Positions 26,602-34,580 of a stretch of DNA of 35,255 bases are shown piece by piece (the stretch's first letter is position 1; every line of letters starts with the position of its first letter). A program made the translations under genes and the position numbers. The DNA is from Thermoplasmata archaeon (GTDB taxonomy: Archaea > Thermoplasmatota > SW-10-69-26 > JACQPN01 > JAJPHT01): contig JAXDQU010000108.1 in NCBI GenBank assembly GCA_034667685.1, positions 1 to 35,255 on the forward strand. The letters are read 5' to 3'. Below the pieces are notes generated by a model, which saw only the letters and a program-made list of their open reading frames with translations, did no database searches and had not been told where the DNA came from.

Positions 26602-26706
26602 GTCGTCGCGCGCCCCCTCGAGCGCGTCGGGGACAACGCGGGCAAGATCGCCGAGAAGACGATCTACATGGCGACCGGCGAGCGCAGGCTCGACCCTACC
26701 GCCTGA
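26602..26706 (+). pseudogene. phoU: C-terminal remnant of a canonical phoU
   Basis: Frame from 26602 reads VVARPLERVGDNAGKIAEKTIYMATGERRLDPTA-stop, matching the PhoU C-terminal consensus (AR.LERIGDH..NIAE..IY..TG). Confidence 0.8.
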
Positions 26707-26710
26707 GGCG

Positions 26711-27116
26711 TCACGAGACGTCGATCTCGACCAGGTTGGGGAACGGCGACGCGTCGTCGCGTTGCGTGAAGGCCGTCGCGTTCCAGTGGCCCGGCTGCGC
26801 GGCGCGGACGTGCGCGACGAGCGTGACGGTGACGTCCCGCGGCTGCAGGGGGACGATCTCCAGGTGGACGCACGCCTCGTCGCCCACCGCGAGACTGCGC
26901 GGAGGGCCCATGTGCAGCGTCTCGTTGACGTACTTCACGACGAAGTAGTCGGGCGGCCCCCCGGGAACGCGTGCGCGTCGCAAGGCGTTGGGGCTATCCC
27001 ACCCACAGGATCGCGACGGCGCTCACCACCATCGCGGCAAGAATGCTGACGTGGATGCACACGTCGACCCAGAATCCTTCGGTGCGGTCGCGGAAATACT
27101 CGGTCAGGCTGGCCAA
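26711..27116 (-). pseudogene. Probable disrupted membrane-anchored protein
   Basis: Frame from TTG 27116 gives a TM segment (VCIHVSILAAMVVSAVAILWVG) ending in TAG at 26994-26996. A beta-rich continuation (DYFVVKYVNET...LVEIDVS) lies in another frame. Confidence 0.45.
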
Positions 27117-27218
27117 GGTCGATCGCCCCGCTGCGGAACGGAGCGCTGCGAAGTAGCGGCGCCGCGCGGATCAAGGGGCGGGCGAGGGGACCTGGGGCCA
27201 AGGCGCCGCGCAGGGACG

Positions 27219-27271
27219 ATCCGACGCCCGGCATGGCTTTCGCTTCGCTCAAGCCATGCCGGGCGTCGGAT
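27219..27271. repeat. 21-bp perfect inverted repeat overlapping the tRNA 3' end
   Basis: ATCCGACGCCCGGCATGGCTT (27219-27239), 11-nt loop, AAGCCATGCCGGGCGTCGGAT (27251-27271). Confidence 0.92.
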
Positions 27272-27341
27272 TCGAACCGACGAACTCCTGAGAGAGGAGA
27301 TCTTGAGTCTCCCGCCTTTGACCAGACTGGGCGAGCCCGGC
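27257..27341 (-). tRNA. tRNA-Leu(CAA)
   Basis: Acceptor stem GCCGGGC/GCCCGGC plus discriminator A, anticodon arm GGAGA-CTCAAGA-TCTCC, long variable arm, T arm GTCGG-TTCGAAT-CCGAC; CCA not encoded. Confidence 0.95.
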
Positions 27342-27391
27342 GACTGGGATGGAGCGGCGGAGGCTGCGCCCGGGGAAAAAGATTGGGAGAG

Positions 27392-27432
27392 AAAAAGTGG
27401 AGCCCGACGAAGGCGACTAGGCCTTCGTCGGG
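27392..27432 (-). terminator. Hairpin plus U-tract at lipoprotein gene end
   Basis: 12-bp inverted repeat CCCGACGAAGGC/GCCTTCGTCGGG spanning the stop codon, followed by TTTTT on the minus strand. Confidence 0.6.
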
Positions 27433-28712
27433 GGCGTGGGCGAGCCCGCGTTCGGATCGTCGATGCCGTTGGCCGTGCTGTGGCCGTGGGCGACGATCTT
27501 CATGTGGTACGTCATGGACCACGGGATGAACTGGCAGCCCATCAGGACGTCCTGCTTGTCGATGAAGACGTCAGGCGTGCCAGCCAGACAGTTCGTGGGG
27601 TCGCTGCCGAACTGCGGCACGAAGCGGAAACCCCAGCGGGACTTCTGGCCGTAGGGCGAGTCGTAGCTCTGGGCGTCCACCTTGGGTTGGAAGCGCCAGG
27701 TCTTCCCGTCTGTGGCCTTGTCGACGTCGCGCTCGCCGAACGCCGCGCCGTTGCCCAGCTTGGGGATGTACGTGGCGTTGTGGATCTCGAGGAGGTAGGA
27801 CGACGGGGAACCGAGGGGCGTGGCCTCGGCGCCGCTGGCGCTGAAGACAGGGTTCGTCACGGTCACGTCCACGGAGTCCGTGCCCCAACTGATGATCCGC
27901 TCGGGATTGACCCACTGGACGTCCTTGCCGTCGATGTTGCCCTGCGCGGTGCCGGCGCTGGTCTCCTTGACGTCGCCGTCGAAGATGACGCGCTCGGCCT
28001 TCTCCGCGTACAGGTTGGGGTGCGGGGGCCAGTTGGCCACGACGTTGCCCTTCACCGCGGTCACGGTGATGTTGAACGTGATGGCGTTGGCCTCGCCCGT
28101 GAACAGGCGGAAGACCCAGAGCGACTTCTCGCTGTGCGGCATGTCCGCGTCCGTGGGCTTGATGGGGAGGATGAAGGGCTGGCCCTCCTTGAGCTCGCCG
28201 CCGGTGCGGAACTTGCCGGGCTCGTCGCCCGCGGTCAGGTAGTCGAAGAAGAAGGTGACGTGCGGATGGGAGGTGGGCTCCTGGCTCGCGAGGACGTGGT
28301 AGTCCTTGGCGACGATCTCCAGGTGGTCCGTGCCTTCGAAGACCATCTGCGGGTGGCCGGGGGCGCCCGCTGGGATGTCGAAGTCGGCGATGGCCGTGCC
28401 AGCGGGCTTGCCGTCGGGCAGCAGGGGGAACGGGATCAGGCCGGTGTCGGTCTGCCAGATGATCTTGCGCGTCTGCCCGCCCCAGTAGTCGTGGGCATGC
28501 ATGCTCGCGCCGATGCCCGACGTCTCGGTGGCGTTGGTCTCCTTGAACGCGGAGATCTGCCCGCCGTTGGGCTGGTCGGTCTGGTTCGCCAGGATGGTGC
28601 CCGTCGTGTTCGTCGAGGCGGGCGCCTCCTTGTGGTCATCCTTGCCGCCGATGCAGCCCACGAGGGCGGACGCGCCCATCAGCAGGACAATCAGCCAAGC
28701 TCTCCCAAGCAT
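27417..28712 (-). CDS. Putative lipoprotein, tandem paralog 1
   Basis: Lipobox LVGC; long identical blocks shared with 28909-30249. Start placed at MLGRAWL. Confidence 0.85.
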   Translation of the reverse strand: MLGRAWLIVLLMGASALVGCIGGKDDHKEAPASTNTTGTILANQTDQPNGGQISAFKETNATETSGIGASMHAHDYWGGQTRKIIWQTDTGLIPFPLLPDGKPAGTAIADFDIPAGAPGHPQMVFEGTDHLEIVAKDYHVLASQEPTSHPHVTFFFDYLTAGDEPGKFRTGGELKEGQPFILPIKPTDADMPHSEKSLWVFRLFTGEANAITFNITVTAVKGNVVANWPPHPNLYAEKAERVIFDGDVKETSAGTAQGNIDGKDVQWVNPERIISWGTDSVDVTVTNPVFSASGAEATPLGSPSSYLLEIHNATYIPKLGNGAAFGERDVDKATDGKTWRFQPKVDAQSYDSPYGQKSRWGFRFVPQFGSDPTNCLAGTPDVFIDKQDVLMGCQFIPWSMTYHMKIVAHGHSTANGIDDPNAGSPTPPTKA

Positions 28713-28814
28713 CGTCCGCTCAGACTCCCCAGGGCTTCTTAAGCCTTGAGGGCCGGCCCTCCCCACGGGGGAACGCTGGCTTCGTGATGACGTGAAAACA
28801 CGGCGGGACGCGCG

Positions 28815-28909
28815 GGTCAGGGTGACCAGACACATCGCCCGGCGCCCGGGGCTCACCGGTCTAGTCACCTGACCCACCGTGCTCCGACAAGGTGTCTAGT
28901 CACCTGACC
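28815..28909. repeat. Direct plus inverted 16-19 bp repeats between the paralogs
   Basis: GTCTAGTCACCTGACC at 28859-28874 and 28894-28909; near-identical inverted copy at 28815-28833. Confidence 0.8.
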
Positions 28910-30249
28910 TAGGACGCCGCCGTCGGCGGCGTCGGCCCGCTGCTCTGCGCGACCGCGGTCGAGAGTCCGCCGTCGACGCCATTGGCCGTGCTGTGGCCGT
29001 GGGCGACGATCTTCACGTGGTACGTCATCGTCCACGGGTAGTACTGGCAGCCGATCATCGTGTTCTGGTAGTCGTGGTAGAAGCCCGGGCTGATGGGCTC
29101 GAACGCGGCGCCGCAGTCCGTCGGATCGTTGCCGAAGCGCGGCATGAGGCGGAAGCCCCAGCGCGACTTCTGCCCGTAGGGCGAGTCGTACGACTGGTTG
29201 TCGGGGACGATGTGGAAGTGGAACGTCTTGCCGTCGGTCGAGGCGTCCACGAGGCGCGCGCCGGCCTGGTCGCCGTTGCCGAGCTTGGGGACGAAGCTCG
29301 CGTTGTCGTACTCGAGGACGTAGTGGTCCACGGGCACGGGCGCGCCGCCCTGGAGCTGGAGGTTGACGTTGCTGATCGTGACGTCGAGGCTGTCCGTGCC
29401 CCAGCTGATGATGCGCTCGGGGTGCGTCCAGGCGGGGTCCTTGCCGTCCACGTTCTCCTGCGCGGTGCCGGCGTTGGAGAGCGAGACGTCGCCGTCGATG
29501 ACCGTGCGGTCGGTCCTGTCGGCGTAGAGGTTCGGGTGGGGCGGCCAGTTGGCCACGACGTTGCCCTTCACCGCGGTGATCTTCAGGTGGAAGCTGATCG
29601 AGGTCGCCTGGGGCGTGTAGATGCGGAAGACCCAGAGCGACTTCTCGCTGTGCGGCATGTCCGCGTCGGTGGGCTTCACGGGCAGGAGGAAGGGCTTGCC
29701 CTGGTCGACCTCGCCGCCCGTGCGGAACTTGCCGGGCTCGTCGGAGGCCGAGAGGTAGTCGAAGTCCAGCGCGGGCTGCGGGTGCGAGGGCGTGCCGGGC
29801 GGGAGCATGCCGCCGGTCGGATCGGGCGCGGGCGTGACGTTGGTCAGCTCGACCTCGAGGTGGTCCGTGCCCTCGAAGACCATGTTGGGGTTGCCGGGCG
29901 TGCCGGTGGGGACGTCGAAGTCCGCGATGGCCGTGCCGGCGGGCTTGCCGTCGGGCAGCAGCGGGAGCGGGATGAGCCAGGCGTCCTCGTCGAAGATGAC
30001 CTTGCGCGTCTTGCCGCCCCAGTAGTCGTGGGCGTGCATCGCGGCGCCCATGCCGGTCGTCTCGGTGGCGTTCGTCTCCTGGAAGGCGGAGATCTGGCCG
30101 CCGTGGGGCTGCGAGGTCTGGTTGGCCAGGACGTGCCCGGTCGTGTTGGCCGTCTGCTCCGGCTGCTTGCCGCCGTCGTTCTTGCCGATGCACCCGGCCA
30201 GGCCGCTGCCCATCAGGAGGAGCGCGAGGACCACGATACGCCCGTTCAT
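28909..30249 (-). CDS. Putative lipoprotein, tandem paralog 2
   Basis: Lipobox LAGC; shares MHAHDYWGG, KPTDADMPHSEKSLWVFR and SYDSPYGQKSRWGFR with paralog 1. Confidence 0.88.
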   Translation of the reverse strand: MNGRIVVLALLLMGSGLAGCIGKNDGGKQPEQTANTTGHVLANQTSQPHGGQISAFQETNATETTGMGAAMHAHDYWGGKTRKVIFDEDAWLIPLPLLPDGKPAGTAIADFDVPTGTPGNPNMVFEGTDHLEVELTNVTPAPDPTGGMLPPGTPSHPQPALDFDYLSASDEPGKFRTGGEVDQGKPFLLPVKPTDADMPHSEKSLWVFRIYTPQATSISFHLKITAVKGNVVANWPPHPNLYADRTDRTVIDGDVSLSNAGTAQENVDGKDPAWTHPERIISWGTDSLDVTISNVNLQLQGGAPVPVDHYVLEYDNASFVPKLGNGDQAGARLVDASTDGKTFHFHIVPDNQSYDSPYGQKSRWGFRLMPRFGNDPTDCGAAFEPISPGFYHDYQNTMIGCQYYPWTMTYHVKIVAHGHSTANGVDGGLSTAVAQSSGPTPPTAAS

Positions 30250-30350
30250 CGGACCCGAGCCTGCGCGAAGGGCATATGAATCATGTTGTCAAGATGTGCA
30301 AATCAGGCCAGGAGTCGAGGCGCTGCCCAACGTTTCCCGGGGCCCAAGCC

Positions 30351-30359
30351 CTTTTATAC
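30351..30359 (+). promoter_or_regulatory. Candidate TATA box for the rps13 operon
   Basis: CTTTTATAC in GC-rich context ~145 nt upstream of rps13; GGAGG Shine-Dalgarno at 30489-30493. Confidence 0.55.
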
Positions 30360-30502
30360 GGGGGTCGGTATCGCTCGCTTCCCCTCCTCACGGAAGGGCA
30401 GATCTGTCCACCCGCGTCGCGGCGTGGACTGGGCGCTCCGCGCGCCCACGCACCGGGCGCCCCCGCACGGGGTCGCGCGCGTGATCTCGGAGGAACCCCC
30501 TC

Positions 30503-30976
30503 ATGGCAGACAAGAAAGAAGAGAATCCGGACTTCAAGTACATCGTCCGCGTCGCCAACACCGACCTGGACGGCAAGTACCAGATCATCCCCGCCCTCGC
30601 GATGGTGAAGGGCCTCGGCATCCGCACCGCGGCCGTCGTCGCGGAGAAGGCGGGCGTCAACGCCTACCAGCGCATCGGCGACCTCCAGGACGCCGACGTC
30701 GCGAAGCTGCAGGAGGCCGTCGAGAACCTCGAGGGCAACCTGCCCGCGTGGATGCTCAACCGCCGCAAGGACATCGAGACGGGCGAGGACGGCCACCTCA
30801 TCGGCACCGACGTGGAGATCAAGCTCCGCGACGACCTCAACCGCCTCAAGAAGATCCGCACCTACCGCGGGCTGCGCCACGAGTCGGGCCAGAAGGTCCG
30901 CGGCCAGCGCTCCAAGTCCAACGGCCGCACCGGCCTCACGCTGGGAGTCCAGAAGAAGAAGCAGGGTGAGCAATAA
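30503..30976 (+). CDS. rps13: 30S ribosomal protein S13 (uS13), archaeal type
   Basis: FKYIVRVANTDLDG, WMLNRRKDIETG and YRGLRHESGQKVRGQRSKSNGRTG. Confidence 0.97.
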   Translation: MADKKEENPDFKYIVRVANTDLDGKYQIIPALAMVKGLGIRTAAVVAEKAGVNAYQRIGDLQDADVAKLQEAVENLEGNLPAWMLNRRKDIETGEDGHLIGTDVEIKLRDDLNRLKKIRTYRGLRHESGQKVRGQRSKSNGRTGLTLGVQKKKQGEQ

Positions 30977-31767
30977 TGGGCGACCCGAAGTTCAGCCGCA
31001 AGCAGTACGAGACGCCCAACCACCCCTGGCAGACGGCGCGCATCCAGGAGGAGAAGGCCATCCAGGGCAAGTACGGCCTGAAGAACAAGACCGAGATCTG
31101 GAAGGCGCGCTCCAAGCTCCGCCAGATCCGCGGCCAGGCGCGTGACCTCCAGGGCAAGCAGCTCCTGGGCATCCCCCAGGTCGCGATCGAGACGCAGGGC
31201 CTCCTGGCCCGCCTGACGCGCATGGGCCTGATCTCCGAGGGCGCCGGGCTCGACGACATCCTCGCGCTCAACGTCGAGGCCGTCCTCATGCGCCGCCTCC
31301 AGACGATGGCGTACCTCCGCGGCCTCGCCGCGACGCCCACGCAGGCGCGCCAGCTCATCGTGCACGGCCACGTGTCGATCAACGGCCGCCGCGTCAACAT
31401 CCCCGGCTATCACGTCATGAAGGCCGAGGAGATGCAGATCGAGTACGCGTCGACCTCGCCCCTCACCAACCAGGACCACCCCGTGCGCCCGCGCGCGTCC
31501 GAGGGTGGCAACCAGCTCATGGAGATCGCGCCTCCCGAGCCCGGCCGCGTCAAGCCGGCCGGCCGCGGCCGTGGCCCCAACGCGGGCGGCGGCGCGGTGC
31601 AGCGCGCGCAGTTCGGCGACCGCTCGGGCCGTGGTGGCCCCGGCGGCAACCCGTTCGGTCGCGGTCCCCCGCGCGGCCGCGGCCCCCCGCGCGGTCCCCC
31701 GCGCAGCGGTGGCGCGGCGCCCGCGACGGCGGCGGCGCCCGCCGAGAAGAAGGAGGGTGACCAGTAA
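30976..31767 (+). CDS. rps4: 30S ribosomal protein S4 (uS4) with Gly/Arg/Pro-rich C-terminal extension
   Basis: [33 protein letters not shown] and [15 protein letters not shown] coupling with rps13. Confidence 0.97.
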   Translation: MGDPKFSRKQYETPNHPWQTARIQEEKAIQGKYGLKNKTEIWKARSKLRQIRGQARDLQGKQLLGIPQVAIETQGLLARLTRMGLISEGAGLDDILALNVEAVLMRRLQTMAYLRGLAATPTQARQLIVHGHVSINGRRVNIPGYHVMKAEEMQIEYASTSPLTNQDHPVRPRASEGGNQLMEIAPPEPGRVKPAGRGRGPNAGGGAVQRAQFGDRSGRGGPGGNPFGRGPPRGRGPPRGPPRSGGAAPATAAAPAEKKEGDQ

Positions 31768-32150
31768 TGGCTCGCTGGGCAGTCGTCAACATCTACGCCA
31801 GCTTCAACAACATCCTGATGACGGTCACCGACGTGACCGGCGCCGAGACCATCGCGAAGTGCACGGGCGGCATGGTCGTCCGCGCCGCGAAGGACGAGGC
31901 CAGCCCCTACGCGGCCATGAAGGCCGCGGAGCGCATCGCGGACCAGATCCGCGAGAAGGGCATCGACTCGCTGCACGTCAAGGTCCGCGCGCCTGGCGGC
32001 CACAAGTCGAAGAGCCCGGGCCCCGGCGCGCAGGCCGCGATCCGCGCGCTCGCCCGCGCCGGCATGCGCATCGGCCGCATCGAGGACGTCACCCCGCTTC
32101 CGCACGACGGCACCCGCAAGAAGGGCGGCCGCCGCGGCCGGAGGGTGTAA
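31767..32150 (+). CDS. rps11: 30S ribosomal protein S11 (uS11)
   Basis: [30 protein letters not shown] and [26 protein letters not shown]. Confidence 0.97.
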   Translation: MARWAVVNIYASFNNILMTVTDVTGAETIAKCTGGMVVRAAKDEASPYAAMKAAERIADQIREKGIDSLHVKVRAPGGHKSKSPGPGAQAAIRALARAGMRIGRIEDVTPLPHDGTRKKGGRRGRRV

Positions 32151-32151
32151 G

Positions 32152-32979
32152 ATGAAGGTGGCGGTCGTCGAGCTCACCGACCAGATCGGCGTGTTCGATG
32201 TGAGCGGAGCGACCCCGTCCTTCTTGAACGCGCTGCGCAGGATGCTCATGGCGCAGGTGCCCAAGCTCGCCATCGAGGACGTGACGGTGTACGACAACAC
32301 CAGCGCGCTCTTCGACGAGATGGTCGCCCACCGCCTCGGCCTGCTCCCGGTGCCCACGGACCTCAACCAGTTCGTGCGCCGCCAGGACTGCACGTGCAAC
32401 GGCGAGGGGTGCGCGAACTGCACCGTGCTCTTCACGCTCTCGAAGGAGGGCCCGGCCATGGTGTACTCGGGCGACCTCGTGCCCGCGGCGGACGCGAAGT
32501 TCCGCATCGTGGACCCGAAGATCCCCGTCGTGAAGCTGCTCGAAGGCCAGCGCCTCATGCTCGAGGCCGGCGCCATCCTGGGCAGCGGCACGGAGCACGC
32601 CAAGTGGCAGGTCGTGACGGCCGTCGGCTACATGGAATACCCCGTGATCAAGGTCAACGGCCCGCTCACGCAGGCCCAGGCGGACCGCCTCTCGAAGGTC
32701 GCGCCGCCCGGCGTCGTGAGCATCGAGGGCACGACCCTGAAGGTCAACGAGCCGCTCAAGGCGGTCGCGTGGCTGCGCAGCGTCAAGCGCGAGGAGGACC
32801 TCACGCAAGTCGAGCTCTCCTTCGAGCCTGGCCGCTGGCTGCTCCGCGTCGAGACCGACGGCGCGCTCTCGCCCGTGGCCGCCCTGCGCAAGGCCTCCTC
32901 CATGCTCATGGAGAAGCTCAAGCAGGTCGAGTCCGAAGTCGGCTCGCTCAAGGCGCCCGCTGCGCCCGCGGCGAACTAA
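32152..32979 (+). CDS. rpoD: DNA-directed RNA polymerase subunit D (Rpo3)
   Basis: NALRR, LAIEDV..NTSALFDEMVAHRLGLLP, VYSGDL, HAKWQ and VETDGAL. Confidence 0.96.
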   Translation: MKVAVVELTDQIGVFDVSGATPSFLNALRRMLMAQVPKLAIEDVTVYDNTSALFDEMVAHRLGLLPVPTDLNQFVRRQDCTCNGEGCANCTVLFTLSKEGPAMVYSGDLVPAADAKFRIVDPKIPVVKLLEGQRLMLEAGAILGSGTEHAKWQVVTAVGYMEYPVIKVNGPLTQAQADRLSKVAPPGVVSIEGTTLKVNEPLKAVAWLRSVKREEDLTQVELSFEPGRWLLRVETDGALSPVAALRKASSMLMEKLKQVESEVGSLKAPAAPAAN

Positions 32980-32992
32980 GGCCTCACCGCCA

Positions 32993-33010
32993 ACCCTCTT
33001 TTCTCTTCTT
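32993..33010 (+). terminator. Pyrimidine/oligo-T tract after rpoD
   Basis: CCCTCTTTTCTCTTCTT 14 nt after the stop; archaeal-type U-rich terminator. Confidence 0.55.
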
Positions 33011-33026
33011 CCGCGATCGATAGCTT

Positions 33027-33096
33027 GGGCTCTGGGCTGAGGACTCCGGACTCAAGGCTCCGGAGCCCCGAGTCCAGAGTCCGGAGCCCCGAGTCC
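33027..33096. repeat. Ten-heptamer palindromic repeat
   Basis: GGGCTCT GGGCTGA GGACTCC GGACTCA AGGCTCC | GGAGCCC CGAGTCC AGAGTCC GGAGCCC CGAGTCC. Confidence 0.88.
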
Positions 33097-33177
33097 CGTT
33101 CGTTCGTCGATGCGTCGCACGTTCGCCGGAACGCTGTACCAGAACGGGAATCCTACCCTCGGGGAACGAGCGCCCCA

Positions 33178-33402
33178 ATGGACGCCACGTCTGCCGCTCC
33201 GGCGGCTCCGACCGGCAAGAGCCGCTACACGACCATCAGCATCCCGCAGCCGCTCTACGAGGACATCAAGAAGGCCATCGAGGGGAGCGGCTTCCGCTCG
33301 CCCACCGAGTTCCTCGTCTACGTCGCGCGTATGTCGCTCCAAGGGCCGCTCGTGCGCGAGGACGCGCGCGTGCGCGGGCCGCCCTTCTACGGGGCGCGCT
33401 GA
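33178..33402 (+). CDS. Ribbon-helix-helix (CopG-like) DNA-binding protein
   Basis: YTTISIPQPLYEDIKKAIEGSGFRSPTEFLVYVAR follows the strand-helix-G-x-x-S-helix pattern. Confidence 0.8.
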   Translation: MDATSAAPAAPTGKSRYTTISIPQPLYEDIKKAIEGSGFRSPTEFLVYVARMSLQGPLVREDARVRGPPFYGAR

Positions 33403-33675
33403 ATGGAGCACGCCGTCGCGCTGCGCGTGCAGGGCGAGGCCGCGTGGGCCCGCGCGGTGGTGGATGCGCTCCAGCGCGACCTGCGCCTGCGCGCGCGGGC
33501 GGGCAGCGCCATCCGCGTCGAGCCGACCGAGGGCCCGACCCACGCCATGCGCATCGCGATGCCCGGCGCCGAGCTGCCGCCGCTCGCGTTGCCCGACGAG
33601 CCCGACGCCGCCGCGACGGAGGCGCTCGACTTCCTGAGCCGGTGGGGATTCGTCGGGATGAAACAGCAGGAGTAG
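33403..33675 (+). CDS. Small hypothetical protein
   Basis: ATG directly follows the RHH stop; protein-like composition. Confidence 0.6.
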   Translation: MEHAVALRVQGEAAWARAVVDALQRDLRLRARAGSAIRVEPTEGPTHAMRIAMPGAELPPLALPDEPDAAATEALDFLSRWGFVGMKQQE

Positions 33676-33703
33676 CTTGGTTTCGTCCCGATAGGCCGAA
33701 GCA

Positions 33704-34549
33704 TCAGCTTCGGCCGTGTCGGCGTGCGCGCGTCCTAAGGGCGTCCACGACCTCGCGCCCGACGCGCACCGACCCGAGCGCCACGCCCGGCTTGTTCGCG
33801 CCGTGGAAGTCGCTGCCGCCGGTCGCCACGAGGCCCCACGCCTGCGCCCATGCGGCCAGCGTCGCGCGCTCCTGCTCGCCGTGCTTGCTGTGCGCGACCT
33901 CCAGCCCGTCGAGCCCCATCGCCGCGAGCCGCCGAACGAGGCCTTCGCGCTCCGGCTCGTCCACGGTGACCGCGTGCGCGAGCACGGCCACGCCGCCCGC
34001 CGCGTGCACGAGCGCGATCGCGTCCTGCGGGCTCAGGCGCTCCTTGGGGACGTAGCCGGGCCGCCCCTCGGCGAGCCAGCGGTCGAAGACGTCCTGGATG
34101 CTCGTCGCGTGCCCCTTCGCCACGAGCACGCGCGCCACGTGCGGCCGGCCCAGCGCCGCGCCGGGCGCGACCTCGCGCTCGACCTCCGCGAGCGTGATCG
34201 GGACGCCGGCCGCGCGCAGCCGCTCGACCATCGCCGCGCCGCGCCGCGCGCGCATGTCGCGCAGCTCCGCGAGGCGCGCCAGCAGCGCCGCGTCGTTCGG
34301 GTCCACGAAGTAGCCCAGCAGGTGCAGCTCGCCGGCCTGCGCGTCCTCGGCGGAAAGCTCGACGCCCGCGATGACCTCGATGCCGAGCCGCCGGCCGGTC
34401 GCCTGCGCCTCCGCCACGCCGCCCACGTGGTCGTGGTCCGTGAGCGCCATCCCTTCCAGCCCGGCCTCTGCGGCGCGCGCCACGACCTCGGCCGGAGGCA
34501 GCGTGCCATCCGAGACCGTGCTGTGGGCGTGCAGGTCGAAGCCGGCCAT
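33704..34549 (-). CDS. PHP-domain phosphoesterase (TrpH/YciV-like)
   Basis: DLHAHSTVSDG, ALTDHD, GVELS, HLLGY, GRPHVA, VLAH and TGGSDFHG. Confidence 0.93.
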   Translation of the reverse strand: MAGFDLHAHSTVSDGTLPPAEVVARAAEAGLEGMALTDHDHVGGVAEAQATGRRLGIEVIAGVELSAEDAQAGELHLLGYFVDPNDAALLARLAELRDMRARRGAAMVERLRAAGVPITLAEVEREVAPGAALGRPHVARVLVAKGHATSIQDVFDRWLAEGRPGYVPKERLSPQDAIALVHAAGGVAVLAHAVTVDEPEREGLVRRLAAMGLDGLEVAHSKHGEQERATLAAWAQAWGLVATGGSDFHGANKPGVALGSVRVGREVVDALRTRARRHGRS

Positions 34550-34580
34550 CGTGGGTCCATCGAGGACCGACCTCAAGAGC

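Noticed and set aside
28859-28909. Possible mini-CRISPR array
   Set aside because: Only two direct copies of 16 bp with a 19-bp gap, and no cas genes in the window.
30360-30502. tRNA gene upstream of rps13
   Set aside because: No TTCGA T-loop or cloverleaf found; treated as a leader instead.
33178-33675. RHH plus small ORF as a toxin-antitoxin pair
   Set aside because: The second protein shows no PIN, RelE or other toxin motif that I can recognise.
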